Assembly (NCBI GenBank): GCA_045106975.1
Contig: JBGCFL010000026.1
Span: 23,590-87,589, forward strand
Direction of reading: 5' to 3'
Length of the DNA stretch: 64,000 nucleotides
From: Ekhidna sp.
GTDB taxonomy: Bacteria > Bacteroidota > Bacteroidia > Cytophagales > Cyclobacteriaceae
Below the pieces are notes generated by a model, which saw only the letters and a list, made by a program, of their open reading frames with translations, had not been told where the DNA came from and made no database searches. A program made the translations under genes and the position numbers. Below are positions 34,391 through 44,050 of this stretch, piece after piece. Position 1 is the first letter of the stretch. Every line of letters begins with the position of its first letter.

Positions 34391-35098
34391 ATGAGTGAGT
34401 ATCTTGCTTTTATGAAATCAGTAGAGCAAGTCATGATTGAGTTAGAGTCTATGGCAGACCCTGAATACATCTCCAAAATGGAGTATTTTGGAATTAAAAA
34501 AGGCACGTCTGCCTACGGAATCAAGCATGCGGTATTAAAGCCATTGGCTAAAGAGATAGGCAAGAGTCAAGAGTTGGCCAATGAGCTTTGGAATCAGCCT
34601 GTGCATGAGGCCAAACTGATGGCAATACATCTTTCTGAACCTAAAAAATTTGCAGAAGAGACAGCAGAAAAATGGACATCTGAGTGCTACTCCTGGGATA
34701 TGGTAGATGGTATTGGAATGAAAATTCTACCAAAAACAGAATTTGTTTACTTCAAGATTGATGAATGGAGTTTTCGTGAGCCTGAATACGAAAAACGAAT
34801 GGCATTTGCAGCCATGGTGGGAGTTTCAATGCATCAGAAAAAAACGCCAGACACACGAATTGCGGAATTTTTTCCAACGATAGAAAGAGAAGCTTGGGAT
34901 GATAGGAATTTTGTAAAGAAAGCCGTGAATTGGTCTTTGAGACAAATAGGTAAACGCAGTTTAGAGCTGAACAAGCAAGCAATAGAAGTAGCGAAAAGAA
35001 TCAAATCGCAGGATACAAAAGCTGCCAGATGGATAGCCAATGATGCGCTAAGAGAATTGAGAAGCGATAAAATTCAAGAAAGATTAATTAAAAAATAG
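34391..35098 (+). CDS. DNA alkylation repair protein (AlkD/AlkC-like HEAT-repeat)
   Basis: 235 aa all-helical protein whose pattern resembles the DNA_alkylation family (ELWNQPVHEAKLMAIHL, VNWSLRQIGK). Confidence 0.65.
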   Translation: MSEYLAFMKSVEQVMIELESMADPEYISKMEYFGIKKGTSAYGIKHAVLKPLAKEIGKSQELANELWNQPVHEAKLMAIHLSEPKKFAEETAEKWTSECYSWDMVDGIGMKILPKTEFVYFKIDEWSFREPEYEKRMAFAAMVGVSMHQKKTPDTRIAEFFPTIEREAWDDRNFVKKAVNWSLRQIGKRSLELNKQAIEVAKRIKSQDTKAARWIANDALRELRSDKIQERLIKK

Positions 35099-35110
35099 TA
35101 ACTCTCAATT

Positions 35111-35716
35111 TTAAGTACCGAAAGCCAATAAGTAGTCCTTTACCCACTCGTAATGGACAGTGTGTGTGTCCTCATGACCTTCTTTCAGGATGTGACCTTT
35201 CAAGATTTGATCAGACATAAACTCTACTTTAATCTCGTTTTTCAGACTCAAAAATCGTCTCCCAAAAATTTTATAAATCACCTCTTTAGCCCCCCAAATA
35301 GTACACAGTTTTTCAAGATCATCTTTATATTTCATCTCTGATTTATGAAGAAACTTCATTTGAACCAATTGATGTTTTTCCCTAGGACGTTCCATGTCAA
35401 TGCCACATGGTTTCTTTAAGTGAATCATTGCAGCAGCGATAGGGAAAGAATGGGAGATGGAAATGTTCGCGTAACTATTCTCTAGGAAAGGTTTCCCATT
35501 GTCGTATTTACTTATCCCCTGATAATCGAGCCCAAATGAATCGCATAAACTTTTTACGAGCACTCTGCCTATGATCCACTCTGCTTGCCTCACTGGAGCA
35601 AGTTCAGCTGGAAAAGGCTCAGGAGATAGATAAGGAAGTTCTAAAAAGGTTTCTTGAATGTTCCAGACAGCATACGCTGAATGTTCATCAATCTTCTTAC
35701 TCAATAGTAGGGGCAT
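35111..35716 (-). CDS. 4'-phosphopantetheinyl transferase (Sfp-type)
   Basis: 201 aa from the internal ATG at 35716; the long track ORF would overlap the WD40 gene. Motifs ISISHS, GIDME and WGAKEVIYK (W-x-x-KE-x-x-x-K) are present. Confidence 0.75.
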   Translation of the reverse strand: MPLLLSKKIDEHSAYAVWNIQETFLELPYLSPEPFPAELAPVRQAEWIIGRVLVKSLCDSFGLDYQGISKYDNGKPFLENSYANISISHSFPIAAAMIHLKKPCGIDMERPREKHQLVQMKFLHKSEMKYKDDLEKLCTIWGAKEVIYKIFGRRFLSLKNEIKVEFMSDQILKGHILKEGHEDTHTVHYEWVKDYLLAFGT

Positions 35717-35745
35717 GAAGCAATTGTAATAATTTTGTAGTCCAA

Positions 35746-36651
35746 ATGAGCAATATAGAAGTAAAAAAACTCCATTCCTTCTCAGGTCACAACGACAGTA
35801 TATACAGTCTTGAAAAAATGGATGACTCTCGATTTTTTTCATCAGGAGGAGACGGTTTAGTGGTCTTGTGGAATTTAGAGTCACCAGACGAGGGAGAAGT
35901 TATTGTAAAGACACCAGAGTCCATCTATGCTATGGCCTTCGATCAAGGTTCGAATCATCTGCTAATTGGTCAAAATAATTCAGGCATTCATAAAGTCAGT
36001 GTTGCTGAAAAGAAAGAAGTAAAATCGATTGAGATCGGTAAGTACCAAATTTTTGCTTTGAAATTGCATGAAGATAGAATTTGGGCAGGCTTATCCTCTG
36101 GAGAAGTTGTGATCTTATCTTCTGATTTGGAAGTATTGCATAGAGAAAAGTATGCTTCTGATAGAGCAAGGAGTATTGATTTTGCCGATGGAGAAGCTGC
36201 CGTGGCATTTAGTGACAATACCATTAAAATCATTGACACTAAGACTTTCGAAGTTTTGAGAGAGTTGAAAGGGCATAAAAATTCCGTTTTTACAGCCAAG
36301 TATCATCCATCAGGTAAATATCTATTGTCAGGAAGTAGAGATGCTCAACTCAAAGTTTGGGATACGAGTGTGAGTTATGTTTTGAGAGAATCTATTGAAG
36401 CTCATCTATACAGTATCAATGATGTCACCTTTCGCGCTGACGGTAAATATTTTGTGAGCGGAAGCATGGATAAGTCCATAAAGCTTTGGGATGCATTAAA
36501 TTTTAAACTGAAAAAAGTATTAGATAAGCATAGACACGCAGGACATGGAAATAGCGTTAATAAGCTAATTTGGATGAATTATCGTGACTTGTTAGTAACT
36601 TGTAGCGATGATCGTACTATATCTATCTGGGAAATAATTATCGAAGAATGA
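35746..36651 (+). CDS. WD40-repeat protein (single beta-propeller)
   Basis: 301 aa with repeated GH...WD-like units (GHNDSIYS...VLWN, GHKNSVFT...KVWD, AHLYSIND...KLWD, GHGNSVNK...SIWE). Confidence 0.8.
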   Translation: MSNIEVKKLHSFSGHNDSIYSLEKMDDSRFFSSGGDGLVVLWNLESPDEGEVIVKTPESIYAMAFDQGSNHLLIGQNNSGIHKVSVAEKKEVKSIEIGKYQIFALKLHEDRIWAGLSSGEVVILSSDLEVLHREKYASDRARSIDFADGEAAVAFSDNTIKIIDTKTFEVLRELKGHKNSVFTAKYHPSGKYLLSGSRDAQLKVWDTSVSYVLRESIEAHLYSINDVTFRADGKYFVSGSMDKSIKLWDALNFKLKKVLDKHRHAGHGNSVNKLIWMNYRDLLVTCSDDRTISIWEIIIEE

Positions 36652-37682
36652 AGATCACGCCATTAGAGATTCGCCAAAAGGATTTTGAGAAGAAGTTAAG
36701 GGGATATGATAAGGATGAGGTAAACGCTTTTTTGCTCTCGTTATCCAACGAGTGGGAGCGTGTGTTAGATGAAAACAAAGAGCTCAATATTAAGCTACAG
36801 CATGCGAATAAAGAAGTAGAGAAGCTACGTCAGGTGGAGAGTTCTCTATATAAGACACTCAAAACAGCAGAAGATACTGGCGCTAATATGATAGATCAGG
36901 CCAACAAGGCGGCTGAGCTTCATATGAAAGAAACGCAGATGAATGCGGAAGGCCTTCTTAGCGAGTCTAAGTCTAAGGCACGCGCAATGATAGAGAAGGC
37001 TGAAATGGAGGCGAGACAGATCATTGAAGAATTACAAGATGCGGTAAAAGTAATTGAGCAAAATCATAGAGACATTGAGAGCCATCGTCAAATTGCTATT
37101 TCAGAACTGAAAAACCTTTCTGTTACACTTATAGAAAAGGTAGAGCGTAGTTCGGGGGAAACCAAAGAATTCAAATTTGACAATTACGTAAAGCGAGTAA
37201 AGGAACTCGCTCGTGATAGTGATGAAAAAATAAAAGCTGAAAAAACGGAGGTAGAAGCTGTTTTTAAAAAAATAGATACACCTTCTATTGAAGAAAGAAT
37301 AGCTGAAGATAATGCTGAAGAACAGCCTAAGCAAAAACCAATAGAGCCTATTCGTAATGAAGAAGAGGTAAACATTGAAAAGGTGGTTGAGCCCAAGCCT
37401 GAAAAAATAGTAGAGCCTAAAATTGAGGTAAAACAAGAGCCCGTTTTAGTAGAAAAGAGCCCTGATACAGAACCTGAAATAACTAAGGAAGAGCCAAAGA
37501 TTAAAGAAGTTGCCTTTGGAAATTCCGAGCCAAGAAAGGTTAAGCAAGTCATTAGGAAAAGGCGAAGGAAAGAAGCTTCACAAGGAGGTTCTACAGATCC
37601 ATCTCCAAAAGAAGAGGAGAAAAAAGGACCCAAAATATCTAGAACAGTATCCTTCTTTGATCAATTAGACACGGATTCATAA
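36648..37682 (+). CDS. DivIVA-domain protein with a K/E/P-rich C-terminal tail
   Basis: The N-terminus MKITPLEIRQKDFEKKLRGYDKDEVNAFL is the canonical DivIVA lipid-binding domain, followed by a coiled coil and then a low-complexity tail (EPKPEKIVEPKIEVKQEP...). Overlaps the WD40 gene by 4 nt (ATGA). Confidence 0.85.
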   Translation: MKITPLEIRQKDFEKKLRGYDKDEVNAFLLSLSNEWERVLDENKELNIKLQHANKEVEKLRQVESSLYKTLKTAEDTGANMIDQANKAAELHMKETQMNAEGLLSESKSKARAMIEKAEMEARQIIEELQDAVKVIEQNHRDIESHRQIAISELKNLSVTLIEKVERSSGETKEFKFDNYVKRVKELARDSDEKIKAEKTEVEAVFKKIDTPSIEERIAEDNAEEQPKQKPIEPIRNEEEVNIEKVVEPKPEKIVEPKIEVKQEPVLVEKSPDTEPEITKEEPKIKEVAFGNSEPRKVKQVIRKRRRKEASQGGSTDPSPKEEEKKGPKISRTVSFFDQLDTDS

Positions 37683-37688
37683 ATTATC

Positions 37689-38039
37689 ATGGGACAGGTT
37701 TCGTTAGAAGGCATGGAGTTCTTTGCCAAACATGGGTACTATGAAGAAGAACGTACCATTGGTAATAAATACAGTGTAGACATTACTCTTGATGTAGATT
37801 TTACTGATGCAACGACTGATGATAAACTGGAGGGCACTGTCAACTATGAAAAAGTTTATGAGATAGTGTCTGATGTAATGGGTAATGAAGCTAAACTACT
37901 AGAGCATCTTGCTGGAAAAATTATAAAGACAATTAGGAGTTCATTTCCTTCCGTCAGAAAAGTAGCCGTAAAAGTCAGTAAACATAATCCACCTATTAAG
38001 GGGCTCTGTAAAAAAGCAACTGTTAGCTTGGAGGGCTAA
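37689..38039 (+). CDS. folB: dihydroneopterin aldolase
   Basis: 116 aa with N-terminus LEGMEFFAKHGYYEEERTIGNKYSVDI and C-terminus KVSKHNPPI, both typical of FolB. Confidence 0.85.
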   Translation: MGQVSLEGMEFFAKHGYYEEERTIGNKYSVDITLDVDFTDATTDDKLEGTVNYEKVYEIVSDVMGNEAKLLEHLAGKIIKTIRSSFPSVRKVAVKVSKHNPPIKGLCKKATVSLEG

Positions 38040-38317
38040 ACAAATACAAATCCTCTTCCGTCACTCTCATCATAAAACTCTATTTTTTTGCCCACTAAAA
38101 ACATCATTTCATGTTTTTGAACAAGAATCTGGACATCATCAATAAAGTATTCGTCATCCTTCTCTTTCTTCTTATCAAAACCAAGTTTGAATCCAACACC
38201 ACAACCCATTCCTTTTGTAGCAATTCTTAATCCATATCCTTCCGGTATGCCCTTGTTTTTAAGGATATTTTTTACCTCTTCCAACGCTCGTTCAGATATT
38301 TCTACTGGCAAACTCAT
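38036..38317 (-). CDS. HesB/IscA-like small protein lacking the C-terminal CGC motif
   Basis: 93 aa. The N-terminal two thirds resemble IscA (ISERALEEVKNIL...GLRIATKGMGCGVGFKLGF). Only one Cys is present, and the C-terminus is GRGFVFV. Confidence 0.55.
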   Translation of the reverse strand: MSLPVEISERALEEVKNILKNKGIPEGYGLRIATKGMGCGVGFKLGFDKKKEKDDEYFIDDVQILVQKHEMMFLVGKKIEFYDESDGRGFVFV

Positions 38318-38540
38318 ACTACTTTTCGTTTTCTGCGTTTCTTCATTTTAACGACCTCTCTTCAAATACTGTTTGTGAAGTATTAGGTGCTCCAAATCCA
38401 GTGCCTACAAAATTTTAGGTAAAGTTATGAAGGTATGATTTAGGTCGAGCTAATATTAGAATCTCCAAATCGTAAAGTGACCCCACTTTGTGGGCAAAAG
38501 TATTATTTTTGACATTCATCCAAATAAAACAATCCAACAA

Positions 38541-39062
38541 ATGGAAATGGTTTACGACCTTTTAAAAATTACTCTGCCAGCAGGACTGGTTTTATACTTA
38601 GCATACTTGCTTGTGCGATCATTCTTGCAAAAGCAATTGGATGAGGTAGCGTTTGGAGTAAGACAAAAAAATCAAGAAGTCATCATTCCAATTAGGCTGC
38701 AAGCATATGAAAGAGTCATATTATTATTAGAAAGAATAACTCCAAGTAATTTGGTGGCTAGACTTAATAATCCTGACTATTCAGCTAGTGAATTTCAGCA
38801 TATTCTTATTCACGAGATTAGGAATGAATTTAACCATAACATGTCGCAACAGTTGTACATGTCTGAAAGTGCATGGACCTATGTGACTACTGCTGTAGAG
38901 CAAACGGTCTCTCTTATTAATGCCTCAGTAAATAGTATGAATGAAGAGTCTAAAGGAATAGATTTAGCGAAAGCCATTCTTCAAAATGGATCGGGACAAG
39001 AAATAGAGACATCAAAACAAGCAATCAAGTTCATCAAAGAAGAGATTCAAGAAGTATTCTAA
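38541..39062 (+). CDS. hypothetical membrane-anchored protein
   Basis: 173 aa from ATG 38541; the track ORF begins at a GTG at 38490. One N-terminal transmembrane helix (ITLPAGLVLYLAYLLV). No motif recognised. Confidence 0.5.
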   Translation: MEMVYDLLKITLPAGLVLYLAYLLVRSFLQKQLDEVAFGVRQKNQEVIIPIRLQAYERVILLLERITPSNLVARLNNPDYSASEFQHILIHEIRNEFNHNMSQQLYMSESAWTYVTTAVEQTVSLINASVNSMNEESKGIDLAKAILQNGSGQEIETSKQAIKFIKEEIQEVF

Positions 39063-39458
39063 ATGAGCAAAACGAAGAAAATATGGACAAAAGCGAAGGA
39101 AGTTGCGAAGGACAATAACCGAATAAGAGCCGTAATTTCTAGCGCTAAAGAGAAGATTCAAAGACTTACTAATAATTCAGAAGAATTTCAAGAGTTTAGG
39201 TCTAAGCTTGATCTTCTTTTAAGAATGGCAAAGGCACATATTGCTGGTGAGTTTAAAGCGTTCTCATGGAAGACAATTCTGCTTATCATTTTTGGTCTCT
39301 TGTATTTTATTGCTCCCTTAGATGTTATACCCGACTTTCTTCCCGCATTAGGATATTCAGATGATGTTTCTATTGTTTATTTCATCTTTCAAAAACTGAG
39401 TGAGGATATTGAGCGATTTAGTGAATGGGAAATTGCACAGACAAAGTCAATTAATTAG
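39063..39458 (+). CDS. YkvA/DUF1232 family membrane protein
   Basis: Signature PLDVIPDFLPALGYSDD. Starts directly after the preceding stop codon. Confidence 0.7.
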   Translation: MSKTKKIWTKAKEVAKDNNRIRAVISSAKEKIQRLTNNSEEFQEFRSKLDLLLRMAKAHIAGEFKAFSWKTILLIIFGLLYFIAPLDVIPDFLPALGYSDDVSIVYFIFQKLSEDIERFSEWEIAQTKSIN

Positions 39459-39479
39459 TGGCACATCAACGTAATAATC

Positions 39480-40151
39480 ATGTCTAAGAAAACGGCAGTT
39501 ATCATTGGAGCAACTGGTCTAGTTGGTAAAGCTTTAGTAAGGCTTTTGCTTGATAAGGATTATTATGAAAAAATAACAGTAGTGACCAGACGAGAGTTGA
39601 GTATTAAAGATAATCGACTGAACGTATTGATTGTAAAAGACTTTGAAAAATTAGAAGAATATGGCTCTGAGCTAAATGGGAATGATTTCTATAGTTCATT
39701 GGGTACTACTAGAAAGATTGCGGGCTCTAAAGAGGCTTTCCTCAAAGTAGATGTAGACTACCCTTTAAGGTTTGCAAAAATTGCGAAAAGTCAAACTGAT
39801 TTTGATCAGTTTTTAGCTGTGACATCTTTAGGTGCCAATTCAAACTCTCCGCTTTTCTATAATATCGCTAAAGGCAGATTGGAAGACGAACTTGAGAAGT
39901 TAGAGTTGAAATCATTGAAAATTTTCCAGCCTTCACTTTTAATTGGATATCGAGACGAATTTAGGTTGGGTGAAGAAATAGGAAAGTTTTTTAGTTCACT
40001 TTTTTCATTTTTCGCAATTGGATCAAAGAATCGATTATGGTCTATCAGAGGTGAGGAGGTAGCAATGGCGATGTATAAAGAAGCGCAAGTTGATAGGTCT
40101 GGCGTAATTAAATATAACCCTGACAGAATGATTAAAATCGCATACTCGTGA
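39480..40151 (+). CDS. NAD(P)-binding Rossmann-fold protein (atypical SDR, HTATIP2-like)
   Basis: N-terminus VIIGATGLVGKAL (GxxGxxG); 223 aa. Confidence 0.6.
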   Translation: MSKKTAVIIGATGLVGKALVRLLLDKDYYEKITVVTRRELSIKDNRLNVLIVKDFEKLEEYGSELNGNDFYSSLGTTRKIAGSKEAFLKVDVDYPLRFAKIAKSQTDFDQFLAVTSLGANSNSPLFYNIAKGRLEDELEKLELKSLKIFQPSLLIGYRDEFRLGEEIGKFFSSLFSFFAIGSKNRLWSIRGEEVAMAMYKEAQVDRSGVIKYNPDRMIKIAYS

Positions 40152-40600
40152 TCGCTGTAACACAACGGGTGAGTAATGCTTCAGTTACTATCGATGGTAG
40201 TTTGAAATCAGAAATTGGTCTAGGCTTGTTGGTTCTCTTGGGTATTGAGGAAGCTGATAATCAAGAAGACATAGAGTGGCTATCAAAAAAAATCACAAAT
40301 ATGAGAATTTTCACAGATTCTGAAGGAGTGATGAATGATAGTATCCTAGATAAGGATGGGGAGCTATTGGTAGTAAGTCAGTTTACACTTCATGCGAGCA
40401 CTAAAAAAGGGAATAGGCCATCTTACATTAAAGCAGCTAGACCAGATGTCGCTATACCGCTTTATGAATCATTTGTTAACGCTACTCAAACGCTAATTAA
40501 TAAGCCTGTTCAAACAGGTGAATTTGGTGCAGATATGAAGGTGTCTTTAGTAAATGATGGACCAGTGACCATACTAATAGACACCAAGGACAGGAAGTGA
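40148..40600 (+). CDS. dtd: D-aminoacyl-tRNA deacylase
   Basis: GTG start. MIAVTQRVSNASV..., SQFTLHA and NDGPVT are typical of Dtd. Confidence 0.9.
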   Translation: MIAVTQRVSNASVTIDGSLKSEIGLGLLVLLGIEEADNQEDIEWLSKKITNMRIFTDSEGVMNDSILDKDGELLVVSQFTLHASTKKGNRPSYIKAARPDVAIPLYESFVNATQTLINKPVQTGEFGADMKVSLVNDGPVTILIDTKDRK

Positions 40601-40701
40601 GCTCCTGTAAATAGAGAGTTATTAATCAATTTATCTCATTGGGTATTTAACTTATCTATTAATTAACCAATCCTTCTATTCAACCAATCTACTAATTAAC
40701 C

Positions 40702-40709
40702 TACCTTTG
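40702..40709 (+). promoter_or_regulatory. candidate -7 box (TAccTTTG) for lepA
   Basis: tacctttg matches TAnnTTTG and lies 66 nt upstream of the lepA ATG, at the end of an AT-rich repeat-containing spacer. Confidence 0.35.
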
Positions 40710-40774
40710 CGCTTTATTTAAGACGGACTCAGCAAAGACTACTTATAAATAGTTGCTAAGTCAAAAGGGAATCA

Positions 40775-42562
40775 ATGAAAAACATTCGAAATTTCTGCAT
40801 AATAGCACATATAGATCACGGTAAAAGCACACTGGCAGATCGCCTTTTGGAATTTACTAGCACGGTCTCAGATAGAGATATGCAGGCTCAATTGCTTGAC
40901 AATATGGACCTTGAGCGCGAGCGAGGGATCACCATTAAAAGTCACGCCATTCAAATGGATTATGAGCTAAATGGAGAGAGCTATGTGCTTAACTTAATTG
41001 ACACACCTGGTCATGTCGATTTTTCTTATGAAGTATCCAGATCCATTGCTGCCTGCGAGGGAGCATTATTAATTGTTGACGCTTCTCAGGGAATTGAAGC
41101 TCAAACTATCTCAAATCTGTACTTAGCACTGGAACACGATCTTGAGATCATACCTGTGTTGAATAAAATTGACCTTCCAGGAGCAATGCCAGAAGAGGTC
41201 TCAGATCAAATTATTGATTTAATTGGTTGTGAAAAAGAAGACATAGTACATGCAAGCGCCAAAGAAGGGATAGGAATCACAGACATATTAGAGGCAATCG
41301 TTGCTAAAGTGCCAGCACCTAAGGGAAACCCTGAGGAGGAACTACAAGCTATGATTTTCGACTCTGTATTCAACTCTTACAGAGGGATTGAAGTATTCTT
41401 TAGAGTTTTTAATGGTACTCTGAATAAAGGAGACAAAGTAAAATTTGTCAATACGGGAAAAACGTATGACGCTGATGAAATAGGCGTTTTAAGGTTAGAT
41501 CATGAGGCTAAAAAGTCAATTGGGGCGGGAAATGTAGGCTACCTCATTTCAGGAATTAAAGTAGCTAAAGAGGTAAAAGTAGGTGATACGATTACGCATT
41601 TTGATCGTCCTACACAAAAAGAAATTAAAGGTTTTGAAGATGTAAAGCCGATGGTTTTTGCAGGTATTTACCCTGTAGAAACAAGCGAGTTCGAAGAGCT
41701 CCGTGCAGCAATGGAGAAGCTGCAATTGAATGATGCTTCGCTAGTGTGGGAGCCAGAAACTTCAGCTGCTTTGGGCTTTGGATTTAGGTGTGGATTCTTA
41801 GGGATGCTTCACATGGAAATTATCCAAGAAAGGCTGGAAAGAGAGTTCGATATGACGGTGATTACGACCGTTCCTTCAGTTCAATTTCATGTCATCCAGC
41901 ATGATGAATCTATCCTTAAAGTGAGTGCTCCGTCAGAGCTACCAGACCCCACTTTATTCAGTCATATTGAAGAGCCATTTATTAGAGCTCAAATCATTTC
42001 AAAAGCCGAATATATCGGGCCAATTATAGCCCTTTGTATTGACAAAAGGGGAGAGATAAAAAACCAAGTTTATCTGACTTCAGATAGAGTAGAATTGACA
42101 TTCGAACTGCCTCTTGCTGAGATTGTTTTTGACTTCTTCGACAAGCTTAAAACTATATCACGAGGGTATGCTTCATTGGATTACGAATTGATTGGTTATC
42201 GTCAATCAAATATGGTGAAATTGGATATCATGTTGAATGGAGATAAAGTGGATGCATTATCAGCTATTGTACATAGAGACAAGGCGTATGATTGGGGTAA
42301 GAGACTATGTGAAAAGCTGAGAGAATTAATCCCAAGACAGATGTTTGAAATCGCTGTTCAGGCAGCAATAGGAACAAAAATTGTGGCGAGAGAGAGTGTG
42401 AAGGCCATGCGTAAAAATGTGTTGGCGAAGTGCTATGGAGGTGATATTTCTAGGAAAAGAAAATTACTTGAGAAGCAGAAAAAAGGAAAGAAAAGAATGC
42501 GTCAGGTTGGTAATGTAGAAATACCACAAGAAGCATTCATGGCTGTATTAAAATTAGACTAA
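40775..42562 (+). CDS. lepA: translation elongation factor 4
   Basis: 595 aa with N-terminus [30 protein letters not shown] and NKIDL, plus the LepA-specific C-terminal domain. Confidence 0.97.
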   Translation: MKNIRNFCIIAHIDHGKSTLADRLLEFTSTVSDRDMQAQLLDNMDLERERGITIKSHAIQMDYELNGESYVLNLIDTPGHVDFSYEVSRSIAACEGALLIVDASQGIEAQTISNLYLALEHDLEIIPVLNKIDLPGAMPEEVSDQIIDLIGCEKEDIVHASAKEGIGITDILEAIVAKVPAPKGNPEEELQAMIFDSVFNSYRGIEVFFRVFNGTLNKGDKVKFVNTGKTYDADEIGVLRLDHEAKKSIGAGNVGYLISGIKVAKEVKVGDTITHFDRPTQKEIKGFEDVKPMVFAGIYPVETSEFEELRAAMEKLQLNDASLVWEPETSAALGFGFRCGFLGMLHMEIIQERLEREFDMTVITTVPSVQFHVIQHDESILKVSAPSELPDPTLFSHIEEPFIRAQIISKAEYIGPIIALCIDKRGEIKNQVYLTSDRVELTFELPLAEIVFDFFDKLKTISRGYASLDYELIGYRQSNMVKLDIMLNGDKVDALSAIVHRDKAYDWGKRLCEKLRELIPRQMFEIAVQAAIGTKIVARESVKAMRKNVLAKCYGGDISRKRKLLEKQKKGKKRMRQVGNVEIPQEAFMAVLKLD

Positions 42563-42576
42563 AAATCAAGTTAAGT

Positions 42577-43449
42577 ATGCCTACAATCATTGACGGAAAG
42601 AAGGTCTCAAAAGACATCAAAAGTGAAATTGCAGAGAAGGTATCTTTCTATAAATCAGAAGGGAAAAGAGCTCCTCATTTAGCAATTATAATCGTGGGTG
42701 ATGACGGTGCAAGTCATACTTACGTAAATGGGAAGATTAACGCTTGTAAAGCGGTAGGCTTTGACTTCACATTGATGCACTTTGCTAGTACCATGTCTGA
42801 AGCGAAATTGATCAAACATATCGATCAACTGAATGATGATGAAGATATTGATGGTTTTATAGTTCAAATTCCATTGCCAGATCACATCTCTGATGAGCAC
42901 ATTATGGAGCACATAAAGCCTCTAAAAGATGTGGATGGATTTACCAATCAGAATTTTGGAAGCATCATTTCAAAAAATCAATTGTTACTCCCAGCAACAC
43001 CTTTCGGAGTGATGGAACTTATCAAGCGATATAACATTGATACTGTTGGAAAAAACTGTGTTGTTGTTGGAGCCAGTAGAATAGCTGGCGCACCACTTAG
43101 TCTGATGCTTTCGAATGATGGAAAAGCAACCGTAACCATTTGTCATAAACATACGACAGATTTGAAATCGCATACTCAAAATGCAGACGTGTTGGTGGTT
43201 GCTGTAGGTAAACCAGGTCTTATTACAAAAGATATGATCAAAGAAGGAGCTGTAGTGATCGATATAGGAACTACCCGCGTAGAGGATTCTTCGAAGAAGT
43301 CTGGATTCAGGTTATCTGGGGATGTGGATTACGAGAATGTAGCTCCATTGACTAGTTACATTACGCCAGTGCCAGGAGGTGTAGGGCCAATGACGATCGC
43401 TTCTTTGCTTTTGAATACACTTAAGGCATATGAGCTCAAGAATAGCTGA
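42577..43449 (+). CDS. folD: bifunctional methylenetetrahydrofolate dehydrogenase / methenyltetrahydrofolate cyclohydrolase
   Basis: 290 aa with YVNGKINACKAVGF, GFIVQIPLP and PVPGGVGPMTIA. Confidence 0.95.
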   Translation: MPTIIDGKKVSKDIKSEIAEKVSFYKSEGKRAPHLAIIIVGDDGASHTYVNGKINACKAVGFDFTLMHFASTMSEAKLIKHIDQLNDDEDIDGFIVQIPLPDHISDEHIMEHIKPLKDVDGFTNQNFGSIISKNQLLLPATPFGVMELIKRYNIDTVGKNCVVVGASRIAGAPLSLMLSNDGKATVTICHKHTTDLKSHTQNADVLVVAVGKPGLITKDMIKEGAVVIDIGTTRVEDSSKKSGFRLSGDVDYENVAPLTSYITPVPGGVGPMTIASLLLNTLKAYELKNS

Positions 43450-44050
43450 TCCACAATTTGTTCCTGTGATGGAGTCTTTCCATACTATTCAAGGAGAGGG
43501 GTTCTACACAGGGACATCTGCATACTTTATTCGACTAGGAGGATGTGATGTTGGCTGTACTTGGTGCGATGTAAAGGAATCTTGGGACGCCTCATTGCAC
43601 GAATGGAGGGATATAAAAGAATTGGCTCAGGAGGCAAAAAAATCAGGAGCAGAGTTAGTAGTGATTACAGGTGGTGAACCGCTAATGTATGATCTTACAC
43701 TTCTTACAAAAGAGATAAAATCTCTCGGGCTTAGAACAAATATTGAAACTTCAGGTGCTTATCCATTATCTGGAGATTGGGATTGGATTTGTTTTTCTCC
43801 AAAAAAATTTAAAGCACCACTCGAAGAGTTTTATGCAGTGGCACACGAATTGAAAGTGGTTGTTTTCAATAAGCACGACACGAAGTGGGCGTCCAGCCAT
43901 GCAGAAAAAATGAATGCAGCTTCTAAGTGGTATTTGCAACCCGAGTGGTCAAAAGCAAAAGAAATGACATCTTTGATCGTTGATTTCGTGAAGCAAAATC
44001 CAAAATGGAACATTTCCCTACAAACACACAAGTACATGGACATTCCTTAA
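43430..44050 (+). CDS. queE: 7-carboxy-7-deazaguanine synthase (radical SAM)
   Basis: FHTIQGEGFYTG and the Cys cluster GGCDVGCTWCD. The true start may be the Met at 43469, because the ATG at 43430 overlaps folD by 20 nt. Confidence 0.85.
   Translation: MSSRIADPQFVPVMESFHTIQGEGFYTGTSAYFIRLGGCDVGCTWCDVKESWDASLHEWRDIKELAQEAKKSGAELVVITGGEPLMYDLTLLTKEIKSLGLRTNIETSGAYPLSGDWDWICFSPKKFKAPLEEFYAVAHELKVVVFNKHDTKWASSHAEKMNAASKWYLQPEWSKAKEMTSLIVDFVKQNPKWNISLQTHKYMDIP

Noticed and set aside
35717-35884. The N-terminal 56-codon extension of the PPTase ORF
   Set aside because: The extension would overlap the WD40 gene start by 139 nt and is Cys/Leu-rich with no homology. The internal ATG at 35716 gives a normal Sfp-type length.
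37250-37640. A possible tandem DNA repeat in the DivIVA tail
   Set aside because: The K/E/P-rich peptide is compositionally biased, but I could not find a regular nucleotide repeat unit. I treat it as a low-complexity coding region.
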